Shown here in pieces: positions 1 through 7,568 of a DNA stretch of 39,670 bases. Below the pieces are notes generated by a model. The model did no database searches. It had not been told where the DNA came from and was given only the letters and a program-made list of their open reading frames with translations. How positions within the stretch are numbered: position 1 is the first letter of the stretch; each line of letters starts with the position of its first letter. The position numbers and the translations under genes are program-made. The stretch comes from Candidatus Shapirobacteria bacterium (GTDB lineage: Bacteria; Patescibacteriota; Microgenomatia; UBA12405), in NCBI GenBank assembly GCA_009885205.1, contig VFLE01000046.1, positions 1-39,670 of the forward strand. The letters are read 5' to 3'.

Positions 1-1
1 T

Positions 2-121
2 GGTGAAAAAATCACTGTTGAGAAACTAGCGAGATATCTTGGTTGTTCTTCGAGAACAGTTTACAGAAACATGAGTAACGAACTTAAAAAAGAAAAAGAA
101 CTTTTAAATCAAACATTATGA
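2..121 (+). CDS. C-terminal fragment of a helix-turn-helix DNA-binding protein (5' end outside window)
   Basis: The frame is open from the window edge to TGA at 119-121. It translates GEKITVEKLARYLGCSSRTVYRNMSNELKKEKELLNQTL, and LARYLGCSSRTVYR looks like an HTH turn plus recognition helix. The stop overlaps the next start (ATGA). It is absent from the ORF track because no start lies in the window. Confidence 0.45.
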   Translation, partial: GEKITVEKLARYLGCSSRTVYRNMSNELKKEKELLNQTL

Positions 122-393
122 GTACAACATTTGGAATACCTCAACGTATGATAGACATCGATAAGATATGTGATGAAGACGGAGAATTATTAGATTATAT
201 AAATCATGACTTTTTCGAAAGAATATGGTTTAGGTCACATTACGGACGATGGTTAAATCCTTTAGCATCTAGACTACCTGATGATACTAGAGTATTTCCA
301 TTAGATAATTCAGCACAAGGAATATATACTATTGGAGATATAAAAGAATTCATGGATAGAATAGATAAAGAAAAATCAAATGAAAAAGTATAA
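118..393 (+). CDS. hypothetical early protein (91 aa)
   Basis: ORF track. It is tightly packed, with an ATGA overlap to the upstream frame and a 14-nt overlap with the sigma-like gene. I recognise no family. Confidence 0.5.
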   Translation: MSTTFGIPQRMIDIDKICDEDGELLDYINHDFFERIWFRSHYGRWLNPLASRLPDDTRVFPLDNSAQGIYTIGDIKEFMDRIDKEKSNEKV

Positions 394-1156
394 TATAGAC
401 AATTATTTAAGATACAAAGACGATGTAAAAAAGTCTATATTAAGAATACAACCTAAACAATTAAAAGATTATACTAGAGATGAATTAATAATAATGTTTT
501 TACCATTAGTAGAGAATATAGCTAGAAAATTTTCAACAGCAGACCAAGCTTCAGGAATAATGGATATAACAGATTTATTACAAGAAGGAAGCATAGCTTT
601 AATCTTAGCAATAGACAATATAGAATGGGATAAAATAAATGAATCTGAAGACGAACAAAACACATTAAGATCGTTTCTGTCTAAACGAATAAAAGGTTCA
701 ATTAGACGTTCAATAAACATTAATAGAGGCAGTATACGTATTCCAGAATACAAATTAAATGAAATACGTAATAATCCAGATGATAAAAAAATGGTTGAAA
801 TGTTCTTTAATAGTATATTTGAAAGCGTGGATATTTATTATAATAATGATGACAGTGACAGTGTAAGTTCTGAACATTCTGTGTTTCAGTATGAAGATAA
901 ATCTAAAGAATACAATATAGATTTATTAAATATTTATTTATTTAGTTTATTTAATAAATATTTAACTAAAATTGAATCTGAAGTTTTAAGACTAAGTTAT
1001 GGTCTTGATTGTGATAGATATTCTGGAGTATTAATAGCAGAAATGCTAAATTTTAAAGGTCCTAGTGCTTATGTAAGAATATCTGAGTTAAAAAAATCAG
1101 CAATAAGTAAATTAATAGCGAATGTAGAATCTTCGCAAGTGCTTGATTATATGTAA
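380..1156 (+). CDS. phage-encoded sigma-70-family RNA polymerase sigma factor
   Basis: Region-2-like ITDLLQEGSIALILAIDNIEW and FLSKRIKGSIRRSIN. Region-4 HTH-like ESEVLRLSYGLD...VLIAEMLNFKGPSAYVRISELKKSAISKL. Confidence 0.8.
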   Translation: MKKYNIDNYLRYKDDVKKSILRIQPKQLKDYTRDELIIMFLPLVENIARKFSTADQASGIMDITDLLQEGSIALILAIDNIEWDKINESEDEQNTLRSFLSKRIKGSIRRSININRGSIRIPEYKLNEIRNNPDDKKMVEMFFNSIFESVDIYYNNDDSDSVSSEHSVFQYEDKSKEYNIDLLNIYLFSLFNKYLTKIESEVLRLSYGLDCDRYSGVLIAEMLNFKGPSAYVRISELKKSAISKLIANVESSQVLDYM

Positions 1157-1215
1157 AATGTAAACAAAAGATGTAATTATAATGTTATAGAGTATAAACA
1201 ATTAAATTAAATTAT

Positions 1216-1332
1216 ATGGAAGATTTTGTTATGCACACAATGGCGCCTCTTTTTATTGGAATAATAATGGTTGGCGTTACAGTATTAATGGTTGGTATGG
1301 TTGTACATTTTATTAGAGAATTTTTAAATTAA
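1216..1332 (+). CDS. small hydrophobic (single-TM) protein, 38 aa, not in ORF track
   Basis: Read by hand as MEDFVMHTMAPLFIGIIMVGVTVLMVGMVVHFIREFLN followed by stop. It fills an otherwise empty 190-nt gap. Its leader aattaaattaaattATATGGAA nearly duplicates the leader of the next gene (aattaaattaaatATATGGAA at 1346). Confidence 0.45.
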   Translation: MEDFVMHTMAPLFIGIIMVGVTVLMVGMVVHFIREFLN

Positions 1333-1345
1333 TTAAATTAAATAT

Positions 1346-1912
1346 ATGGAAAATCAAAAGTTGCCTTTGTCTATTAAGTTGTCTAGAATTCAAATAGAGT
1401 TCAAGTCAAATAAAAGTAGATACAATTCGTTCGGTAAATACAATTTTAGATCCGCTGAGGATATACTAGAAGGTTTAAAACCTTTTAATGAAAAATATGG
1501 TGTGTATTTTACAATAAACGAGGATTATATTTATTCTCACGATTTACCTGTGATAATAAGTAAAGCTGCTATACACGATGTTGAAAGCGACAATGTTATC
1601 GAAGTAAAAGCAATTGTTGGTGTAGACTTAGTTCAAAAAGGTATGCAGACGCCACAGGCATTTGGTTCTGCTTCTAGTTACGGTAAAAAATATGCTCTTG
1701 GTAATTTATTACTTATTGATGATACTCAAGATGCTGACGCTTCAAATACACATGGTAAAACAGATCCTGTTAAACCAAGAGTAAAACTAGGTGTTTCAGA
1801 TTTAGCATTTGAAAAAGCTAAAACATTCATAGAAACAGGCGGTTCTATTGAAAGTATTAAAGGTAAATACGATTTAACTAAGGAAGCAGAAGTAATTTTA
1901 TATAATTTATAG
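1346..1912 (+). CDS. erf: ERF-family single-strand annealing recombinase
   Basis: N-terminal YNSFGKYNFRSAEDILEGLKP and central FGSASSYGKKYALGNLLLID match the ERF-family pattern. It sits next to an exonuclease and an SSB. Confidence 0.75.
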   Translation: MENQKLPLSIKLSRIQIEFKSNKSRYNSFGKYNFRSAEDILEGLKPFNEKYGVYFTINEDYIYSHDLPVIISKAAIHDVESDNVIEVKAIVGVDLVQKGMQTPQAFGSASSYGKKYALGNLLLIDDTQDADASNTHGKTDPVKPRVKLGVSDLAFEKAKTFIETGGSIESIKGKYDLTKEAEVILYNL

Positions 1913-1913
1913 T

Positions 1914-2645
1914 ATGAAGAAAGAATTAATATTAGAAAGACTTAAAAATGATGAAGACTATTATGGTCTTTTTGGTCAACAGTACCTTAGCAATTCAAAT
2001 GTTGGTACATTATTAACAAATCCATTAGCATTAAGAGATACTCAACAGTCGAATATAAACTTCTTGATTGGTGGTTATTTTCATACGGCTATATTAGAAC
2101 CAGATAAACTTAAAAAGTATCGAATAGTTGAAGCATCGACTAGAAATACAAACATATATAAGGAAATGTCTGGTGGAGAAATGTGTCTGTTAAAACACGA
2201 AGTAGATCAGTTAGAGTTAATGATAGACAAAGTACTATCTAATGAAGTATGTAAAGGTTTAATCAGAGCAGATAACAATGACTATGAGGTTCCTGGTATT
2301 GCAGAAATTGCAGGTTTAATGTGGAAAGGTAAAGCAGATATACTTAATCATTCTGAAAAATTAATTGTAGATTTAAAAACTACATCTAATCTAGCAGACT
2401 TTAGATATTCTGCTAAAAAATATAATTACGATAGTCAAGCATATATATATAAGCAATTATTTGGCTACGATATGGTTTTTATGGCCATAGACAAAATAAC
2501 AAATCAAATAGGTATATATGACTGTTCTGATAAATTCTTAGAAACAGGCAAAGAAAAAGTTGAGAAAGCTGTTGAAGCATATAACTTGTTTTACAACAAT
2601 CCAGACTTTATTCCTGAAAATTATTTTATTAACTTAACTTTATAA
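1914..2645 (+). CDS. PD-(D/E)XK exonuclease (RecE / exodeoxyribonuclease VIII-like), recombination partner of Erf
   Basis: GKADILN...LIVDLKTTS gives the D...D-x-K motif, followed by YDSQAYIYKQ, as in the PDDEXK exonuclease VIII-like family. Synteny with erf supports the call. Confidence 0.65.
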   Translation: MKKELILERLKNDEDYYGLFGQQYLSNSNVGTLLTNPLALRDTQQSNINFLIGGYFHTAILEPDKLKKYRIVEASTRNTNIYKEMSGGEMCLLKHEVDQLELMIDKVLSNEVCKGLIRADNNDYEVPGIAEIAGLMWKGKADILNHSEKLIVDLKTTSNLADFRYSAKKYNYDSQAYIYKQLFGYDMVFMAIDKITNQIGIYDCSDKFLETGKEKVEKAVEAYNLFYNNPDFIPENYFINLTL

Positions 2646-2647
2646 TT

Positions 2648-3001
2648 ATGAACAATGAACAATTTGAAGTTACACTTCCGCATGAAGGTAACAATGAACA
2701 ACTTAAAGTTACACTTCCCTATGAAGGTAACAATGAACAATTCGAAGTTATACTTCCGTATGAAGGTAACATAGATGATGCTATTAAATCAGCAGAAGAA
2801 TATTCTCTTAAACTAAAAAACATAAAAAGAGACGGTATTGATGTAGATAATATTGATATAATTACTGGAATAACAGTTGCTACATTTGTTGGTTCAAAAA
2901 ATAAAATACTAGAATTATTAGAAGAATTTGGTGGAGAACAAAATGCATTAGATACAATGGATGAACCTTATGGTAGAATAAGTAAATTAGTAATCAATTA
3001 A
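2648..3001 (+). CDS. acidic repeat protein (117 aa), function unknown
   Basis: ORF track. The N-terminus is three 13-aa repeats NNEQ[FL][EK]V[TI]LP[HY]EG. My count is about 23 D/E against about 10 K/R. Confidence 0.6.
   Translation: MNNEQFEVTLPHEGNNEQLKVTLPYEGNNEQFEVILPYEGNIDDAIKSAEEYSLKLKNIKRDGIDVDNIDIITGITVATFVGSKNKILELLEEFGGEQNALDTMDEPYGRISKLVIN
2651..2767 (+). repeat. three tandem 39-bp in-frame repeats
   Basis: The units are 2651-2689, 2690-2728 and 2729-2767 (aacaatgaacaaNtNNaagttaNacttccNNatgaaggt), with a few substitutions each. Confidence 0.9.
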
Positions 3002-3019
3002 ATAAATAAATAAATAAAT

Positions 3020-3340
3020 ATGGCTTCAATTATCAATGCAAGTATCAACTTAAATGAAATTCCAAAAGACAAGATTATCAGTGGTGCTAAAGGTAAATAT
3101 CTACCTATTACAATAGTACTTAACGATGACTTTGATAAATTTGGAAACCAAGGTCCTATTACTGTTGGACAAAGTAAAGAAGAACGAGAGTCTAAAGCTC
3201 CTAAGGTTTATCTAGGTAATGTTAAAGTACTTTGGACTAATGGAGAAAATGTAAATGTAGCTCCTAAAGACGGTCAACAACAAAGCGCAGCACCTAAAAA
3301 GGCAACACCTAAAGAAGTGTTTGACGATTTACCGTTTTAA
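3020..3340 (+). CDS. small single-stranded DNA-binding protein (SSB-like, 106 aa)
   Basis: The C-terminal acidic tail ...EVFDDLPF resembles the canonical SSB tail (E. coli DDDIPF), preceded by a Q/P/A/K-rich linker. The position in the Erf/exonuclease module fits. Confidence 0.55.
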   Translation: MASIINASINLNEIPKDKIISGAKGKYLPITIVLNDDFDKFGNQGPITVGQSKEERESKAPKVYLGNVKVLWTNGENVNVAPKDGQQQSAAPKKATPKEVFDDLPF

Positions 3341-3342
3341 TA

Positions 3343-3534
3343 TATACCAATGCTCGCTGTTAGGCTCGACATATTTTAAAAAGGGTTTATATTAAGGTCG
3401 GCAAACCAGAAACCCTGCTCTTGTAAAAGCTCCGTAACTGATAACTCGGTAAGCTACAAGAAAGACCAAGGTTGGTATAATGTACCTATAGCGCTTCCCG
3501 TAAGATCAGCCTTTAGGTCTTTTGTTAGTTAGTT
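3343..3534 (+). ncRNA. candidate structured RNA (class unassigned) in a GC-rich non-coding island
   Basis: No ORF longer than 10 codons and visibly higher GC than the flanks. A closing helix pairs tataccaa 3343-3350 with ttggtata 3472-3479. Nested helices pair gggttt 3383-3388 with aaaccc 3410-3415, and tcttgta 3419-3425 with tacaaga 3455-3461. An intrinsic terminator follows. Confidence 0.35.
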
Positions 3535-3557
3535 AAACCCCATTTATTGGGGTTTTT
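3535..3557 (+). terminator. rho-independent terminator
   Basis: An 8-bp stem aaacccca / tggggttt (3535-3542 with 3548-3555) has a 5-nt loop tttat and runs into a T tract (ggggtttttc). Confidence 0.75.
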
Positions 3558-3590
3558 CTATCTATAATTAGTAACAATTAAATTTAATAG

Positions 3591-5306
3591 ATGCAAGTAA
3601 ATAACACGGAGATTAATGGTTTCTTAATCGATACTTTTAATCAATATGGTCTTGAAGAAGGAAAATCGCAGGGTATATGCCCGTTGTGTTCTTCTGATAG
3701 AAAACCTAAGAATGAGAAAGCTAAGTGCTCTTCTTATGATTGGCAAAAAGGATTAGGTACTTGTCATAACTGTAATAAGTCGTTTCAACTACATACTTAT
3801 CAGCGCAAAGGCGCATCTGAAAAGATATATGTTAGACCAGAAGTTAGTGCTATACACACTAACAGTTCTAAGGTTGTTGAATGGTTTAAAGGTAGAGGTA
3901 TTTCTGAACAAACGCTTACTGAATTAAGAATAAGCGAAGGTCCAGAATTTATGCCTCAGACAGGAAAAACTGAGAATGTAATAAAGTTTAATTACTTTAT
4001 GGGTGATCAATTAATTAATATAAAATACCGTGATGGCAGAAAGAATTTTAAACTATTTAAAGGTGCCGAAAAAGTTTTTTATAATATTAATAGTATTGTG
4101 GGTTTCGAGTATTGTGTTATCGTTGAGGGAGAAATGGATGTGCTCGCGTTGCACGAAGCTGGTATTACTAATGTTGTATCAGTTCCAAATGGCGCAACAT
4201 TAAACAGTAATAATCTAGACTATTTAGATAGTTGTATTGATTACTTTGAAGACAAAGAAAAGATTATATTAGCAGTTGATTCTGATGCTGCTGGACAAGC
4301 ATTACAGTCTGAACTTATACGTAGATTGGGTTCTGAAGTATGTTATCTAGCATCGTTTGAAGATTGTAAAGACGCAAATGAATATTTATTAAAATATGGA
4401 AAAGAAGCACTATCAAAAAGAATATCAAAAGCTAAACCTGTTCCGCTGGAAAATGTTAAAACTTTTAGAGACATCGAAGATGATGTTACAGATTTTGTGC
4501 GAAACGGTTTCAAACCAGGTTTTCAGATTGGTTTGGATAATTTTGATAGTATTTTCTCTACTTATACGGGTCAGTTTATTACTGTTACTGGTATTCCTAG
4601 TAGTGGTAAGTCTGATTTCGTTGATCAAATGGTTGTAGGTTATAATGGTAACTATGGTTGGAAAACAGCATTTGCTTCGCCAGAGAATCAACCTACATAT
4701 TTACATGCTCATAAATTAATGCGTAAAACTTGGGGCGATATGCCATCAGCAGAAGATATACACGGAGAAAAGTGGAATCAAATAGCAACGCATGTTAATA
4801 GTAGTTATTTCTTTATAGATATGGAACGTTATACGTTAGAATCTGTTCTTAGAAAAGGTGCTGAACTAGTTAAACGTAAAGGTATTAAATGCCTTGTTAT
4901 AGATCCATTTAATAAGGTTAGAGCAACAGATGCTTCTGGAGATGTTAATGTATATACATTGGAATATCTACAACAGATAGAAGTCTTTGCTAAAAAGTAT
5001 GATGTATTAGTTATTGTAGTTGCTCATCCAACTAAAATGTATAAAGACAGAGATGGTAAAATAGAAGAACCAACTATGTATAATATAAAAGGTGGTGGTG
5101 AATGGTACGATGCTTCTTATCACGGATTACTTGTACATAGAAACTACGAGGAAAAAACAGTTAAAGTAAAGGTATTAAAAGTTAAGTTTCAAAACCTCGG
5201 TGAGAACGGAGCAGAAAGTCATTTCAAATGGGAACCTAAATCTGGTTGTTTTATACCTCATGAACCAGTCGATGCTAGTGGAGATAAATTACCATGGGAA
5301 AGTTAA
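3591..5306 (+). CDS. bifunctional DNA primase-helicase (T7 gp4-like)
   Basis: Zinc ribbon CPLCSS...CHNCNKSF. TOPRIM motifs VIVEGEMDVLAL and AVDSDAAGQ. Helicase Walker A VTGIPSSGKSDF, Walker B CLVIDPF and VVAHPTK. Confidence 0.9.
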   Translation: MQVNNTEINGFLIDTFNQYGLEEGKSQGICPLCSSDRKPKNEKAKCSSYDWQKGLGTCHNCNKSFQLHTYQRKGASEKIYVRPEVSAIHTNSSKVVEWFKGRGISEQTLTELRISEGPEFMPQTGKTENVIKFNYFMGDQLINIKYRDGRKNFKLFKGAEKVFYNINSIVGFEYCVIVEGEMDVLALHEAGITNVVSVPNGATLNSNNLDYLDSCIDYFEDKEKIILAVDSDAAGQALQSELIRRLGSEVCYLASFEDCKDANEYLLKYGKEALSKRISKAKPVPLENVKTFRDIEDDVTDFVRNGFKPGFQIGLDNFDSIFSTYTGQFITVTGIPSSGKSDFVDQMVVGYNGNYGWKTAFASPENQPTYLHAHKLMRKTWGDMPSAEDIHGEKWNQIATHVNSSYFFIDMERYTLESVLRKGAELVKRKGIKCLVIDPFNKVRATDASGDVNVYTLEYLQQIEVFAKKYDVLVIVVAHPTKMYKDRDGKIEEPTMYNIKGGGEWYDASYHGLLVHRNYEEKTVKVKVLKVKFQNLGENGAESHFKWEPKSGCFIPHEPVDASGDKLPWES

Positions 5307-5552
5307 ATGGCAATTAAGAAAGGTATTGACATGGGAGATTATCTTCCATCTAATAAAGAAAGAAAAGCTTATATATGGTGTATTAATAATGGTATTTATA
5401 TATCACCACAAGCTAAATCTTTAATAGAATGGTTTATATGTATTGAGATGAATAATAAGATTAATACAAGTCCAGACGCATACAAGAAAGTAGAAATATG
5501 GAAACAAATATTCAAATATTATACATACTATTATGAAAAATATAAAAAGTAG
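5307..5552 (+). CDS. hypothetical protein (81 aa)
   Basis: ORF track. It starts one nt after the primase-helicase stop and overlaps the next gene by 20 nt. Confidence 0.5.
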   Translation: MAIKKGIDMGDYLPSNKERKAYIWCINNGIYISPQAKSLIEWFICIEMNNKINTSPDAYKKVEIWKQIFKYYTYYYEKYKK

Positions 5553-6171
5553 TTTCGAAACTGCAGATGAAGCTTATTCTTATTTATTAGATAAAATAAT
5601 ATTAGAAGGAGTAGAATTTGATAATACAAAAGCTTTATTCAATGTAGGTTTTTATATAGAAAATCCAACAGATAATTATATAAAAGATGTTAATAGAAAA
5701 TGGAATCCAACATACGCAATGAGAGAATGGTTATGGTATCTATCTGGTGATCCTAGTGCTTTAGAAATATCTAGATATGCTCCAATATGGAAAAATATGA
5801 TGGATGAGAATGGCAATGTTAGATCTAACTACGGTTGGCAATGGAAACGTAACGATCAAATAGGTAAAGTGATTAAAATGTTACAAGATAATCCTAATAC
5901 TAGAAAAGCAACAATATCTATATATGATGGAAAAGAAATAGGTGCGTATTCTAAGGATACTCCGTGTACTTATGCTATACAGTTTACAATATTAGACAAT
6001 AAACTGAATATGGCTGTTTTAATGCGTTCTAATGACTTATGGTACGGTTTTTGTAATGATCAATTTTGTTTTTCAAACTTACAAATAGATATTGCTAAAA
6101 TTTTAGGTATTGAAATTGGTACTTATTATCATTTTGCTCATAATTTACATTTATACAACGATAAATTATGA
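5533..6171 (+). CDS. thymidylate-synthase-superfamily enzyme, dCMP hydroxymethylase/methylase-like (212 aa)
   Basis: Family motifs MREWLWYLSGD, SNYGWQW, NPNTRKATISIYD, catalytic Cys in TPCTYAIQF, MRSNDLWYGFCND and HNLHLYN. Counting from the Cys gives R+20, D+23, G+27 and Asp at +31, where ThyA has Asn177. Confidence 0.75.
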   Translation: MKNIKSSFETADEAYSYLLDKIILEGVEFDNTKALFNVGFYIENPTDNYIKDVNRKWNPTYAMREWLWYLSGDPSALEISRYAPIWKNMMDENGNVRSNYGWQWKRNDQIGKVIKMLQDNPNTRKATISIYDGKEIGAYSKDTPCTYAIQFTILDNKLNMAVLMRSNDLWYGFCNDQFCFSNLQIDIAKILGIEIGTYYHFAHNLHLYNDKL

Positions 6172-6353
6172 TACCAAAAGAAAAAGCAATAGAATTAGTA
6201 GAAAAATATTTTTATTTATTTTCAGTAGAATTAGAAAACACAATTGCTGATTACGAAGCTAAAGAATGTGCATTAATAGTAGTTGATGTATTAACTAAAG
6301 AAACAGGAGCTAAGTATTGGTATGACGTTAAAAAAGAATTAGAAAATTTATGA
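6168..6353 (+). CDS. hypothetical protein (61 aa)
   Basis: ORF track, with ATGA overlaps at both ends. Confidence 0.5.
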   Translation: MIPKEKAIELVEKYFYLFSVELENTIADYEAKECALIVVDVLTKETGAKYWYDVKKELENL

Positions 6354-7186
6354 AATATTATCTATACCATATATATGGTAAAAAAATAGGAGTCACGTGT
6401 GATATTAAAGATAGGTTAACTAGACAACAAGGTTATGGTTATAAAGAATATGAAGTATTAGATTCTAGTGATGATATAGATTATATATCAAATAAAGAAA
6501 TAGAACTTCAAAAAATACATGGATACAGAGTTGATAGGCAATCTTACAAAGAATTAGTAACTAAATATAAATTAAATAAAATGGTATTAAACGTAACAGA
6601 ACAAACAACTACATTTCCTTTTCCTTTGAACAAGTTAAAAGGTAACTTGATGGACACTTTAGGTGTTAAAATGGATAATTCTTTTGGCAAATATGTTTTA
6701 ACTGCAGATCTATGCAACTGGATAGTTAAAAATGCTAAAACATCTATGTATAACCCAGCGCGTTCATTTATCTACAATAAAGCAATGGATGAGTATTGTA
6801 AGTCATTAGGTAAAAAGTCTATGGCAATGGAACATAAGAATCAACCTGAAGAAGTTGAAGTTGAAGTTCCTAATGTATATGACTTGATTAGAAAATGGGC
6901 TGATGATCGTGGTATCTATAGAAATGGTGATACTAAAACTCAGTTTGTAAAACTAATGGAAGAAGCTGGTGAATTAAGTAGATCTATTCTTAAAAACGAT
7001 AGAGATGAATTCATCGATGCAATTGGCGATATGATGGTTGTATTAACCAATTTAGCTGCGTTAGAGGGATTAAAAGTTGAAGACTGTGTTGTATCAGCTT
7101 ACGATGTAATTAAATCAAGACAAGGCAAAATGGTAAATAACACTTTTGTAAAAGAAAATAATAACGAAATAATAGCAACATTATAG
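6350..7186 (+). CDS. fusion protein: degenerate GIY-YIG-like N-terminus plus C-terminal MazG-like NTP pyrophosphohydrolase
   Basis: The C-terminus LMEEAGELSRSILKNDRDEFIDAIGDMMVVL carries the E-x2-E ... E-x2-D metal-binding pattern of all-alpha MazG-type NTP-PPases. The N-terminus YYLYHIYGKKIGVTCDIKDRL resembles a GIY-(x)-YIG motif. Confidence 0.6.
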   Translation: MKYYLYHIYGKKIGVTCDIKDRLTRQQGYGYKEYEVLDSSDDIDYISNKEIELQKIHGYRVDRQSYKELVTKYKLNKMVLNVTEQTTTFPFPLNKLKGNLMDTLGVKMDNSFGKYVLTADLCNWIVKNAKTSMYNPARSFIYNKAMDEYCKSLGKKSMAMEHKNQPEEVEVEVPNVYDLIRKWADDRGIYRNGDTKTQFVKLMEEAGELSRSILKNDRDEFIDAIGDMMVVLTNLAALEGLKVEDCVVSAYDVIKSRQGKMVNNTFVKENNNEIIATL

Positions 7187-7187
7187 T

Positions 7188-7568
7188 ATGAAAGAAAAAA
7201 GTATTGTTTTTAGAGATCCTATCGTAGAAAGAGTTGTAGAAAAGTTTGTATCTAGGTCAGATGTTGGTTTTAAGAAATACGGTCATACTTTACATGATGA
7301 ACGTACTAAAAAAATGAAAGGTCTTGCTAAGTACTTAAACGATGTACAAGAAGAATTAATGGATGCGGTGCTATACATACAAGCATGTAGAGAAGAAATT
7401 CAAGACTTAACTGAAGAAGCGTTGATTAAAGATTTTGAAGATGCCGATTACTCAGCTTTTGATGATTTAGAAGCATTAGAAAATATATCAAACAGCTCTA
7501 TTGGTGATATTAAAGTTAACTACGAATTGGTTGACGTTAAGAAAGAAAAATACGGTCATCGTAACTAA
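7188..7568 (+). CDS. second MazG-like / all-alpha NTP pyrophosphohydrolase (tentative)
   Basis: FKKYGHT...LNDVQEELMDAVLYIQ resembles the short phage NTP-PPase family. Only one clear E-x2-D helix is visible. Confidence 0.4.
   Translation: MKEKSIVFRDPIVERVVEKFVSRSDVGFKKYGHTLHDERTKKMKGLAKYLNDVQEELMDAVLYIQACREEIQDLTEEALIKDFEDADYSAFDDLEALENISNSSIGDIKVNYELVDVKKEKYGHRN

Noticed and set aside
2-121. The HTH fragment (…SSRTVYRNM…) as evidence for a serine recombinase/integrase or lysogeny module
   Set aside because: Only 39 residues are visible. This HTH pattern occurs in many regulator families, and no recombinase catalytic domain or att-like repeats are in the window.
3321-3346. TTGACG-N14-TATATA at the end of the SSB gene as a sigma-70-type promoter for the structured island
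   Set aside because: The spacer is about 3 nt too short for a canonical -35/-10 promoter. The inferred host type may not use such promoters, and the -35 lies within coding sequence.
3396-3461. Local similarity of GGCAAACC ... AAAGCUCCG ... CUCGGUAAGCUAC to the core of the c-di-GMP-I (GEMM-I) riboswitch
   Set aside because: The first hairpin with its GNRA tetraloop is missing, as is the conserved ACGCA junction. The helices I can draw do not reproduce the GEMM-I architecture, so a covariance-model search is needed.
469-5424. Overlapping or antisense ORFs 469-753(-), 4396-4638(+), 4425-4691(-) and 5200-5424(+)
   Set aside because: They are embedded in genes with strong family motifs (the sigma factor and the primase-helicase). 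The translations are low-complexity and show no supporting signals.
6350-6560. The GIY-YIG-like N-terminus as a free-standing homing endonuclease (mobile element)
   Set aside because: The motif is degenerate and is translationally fused in one ORF to a MazG domain. No intron, intein or target-duplication signature is visible.
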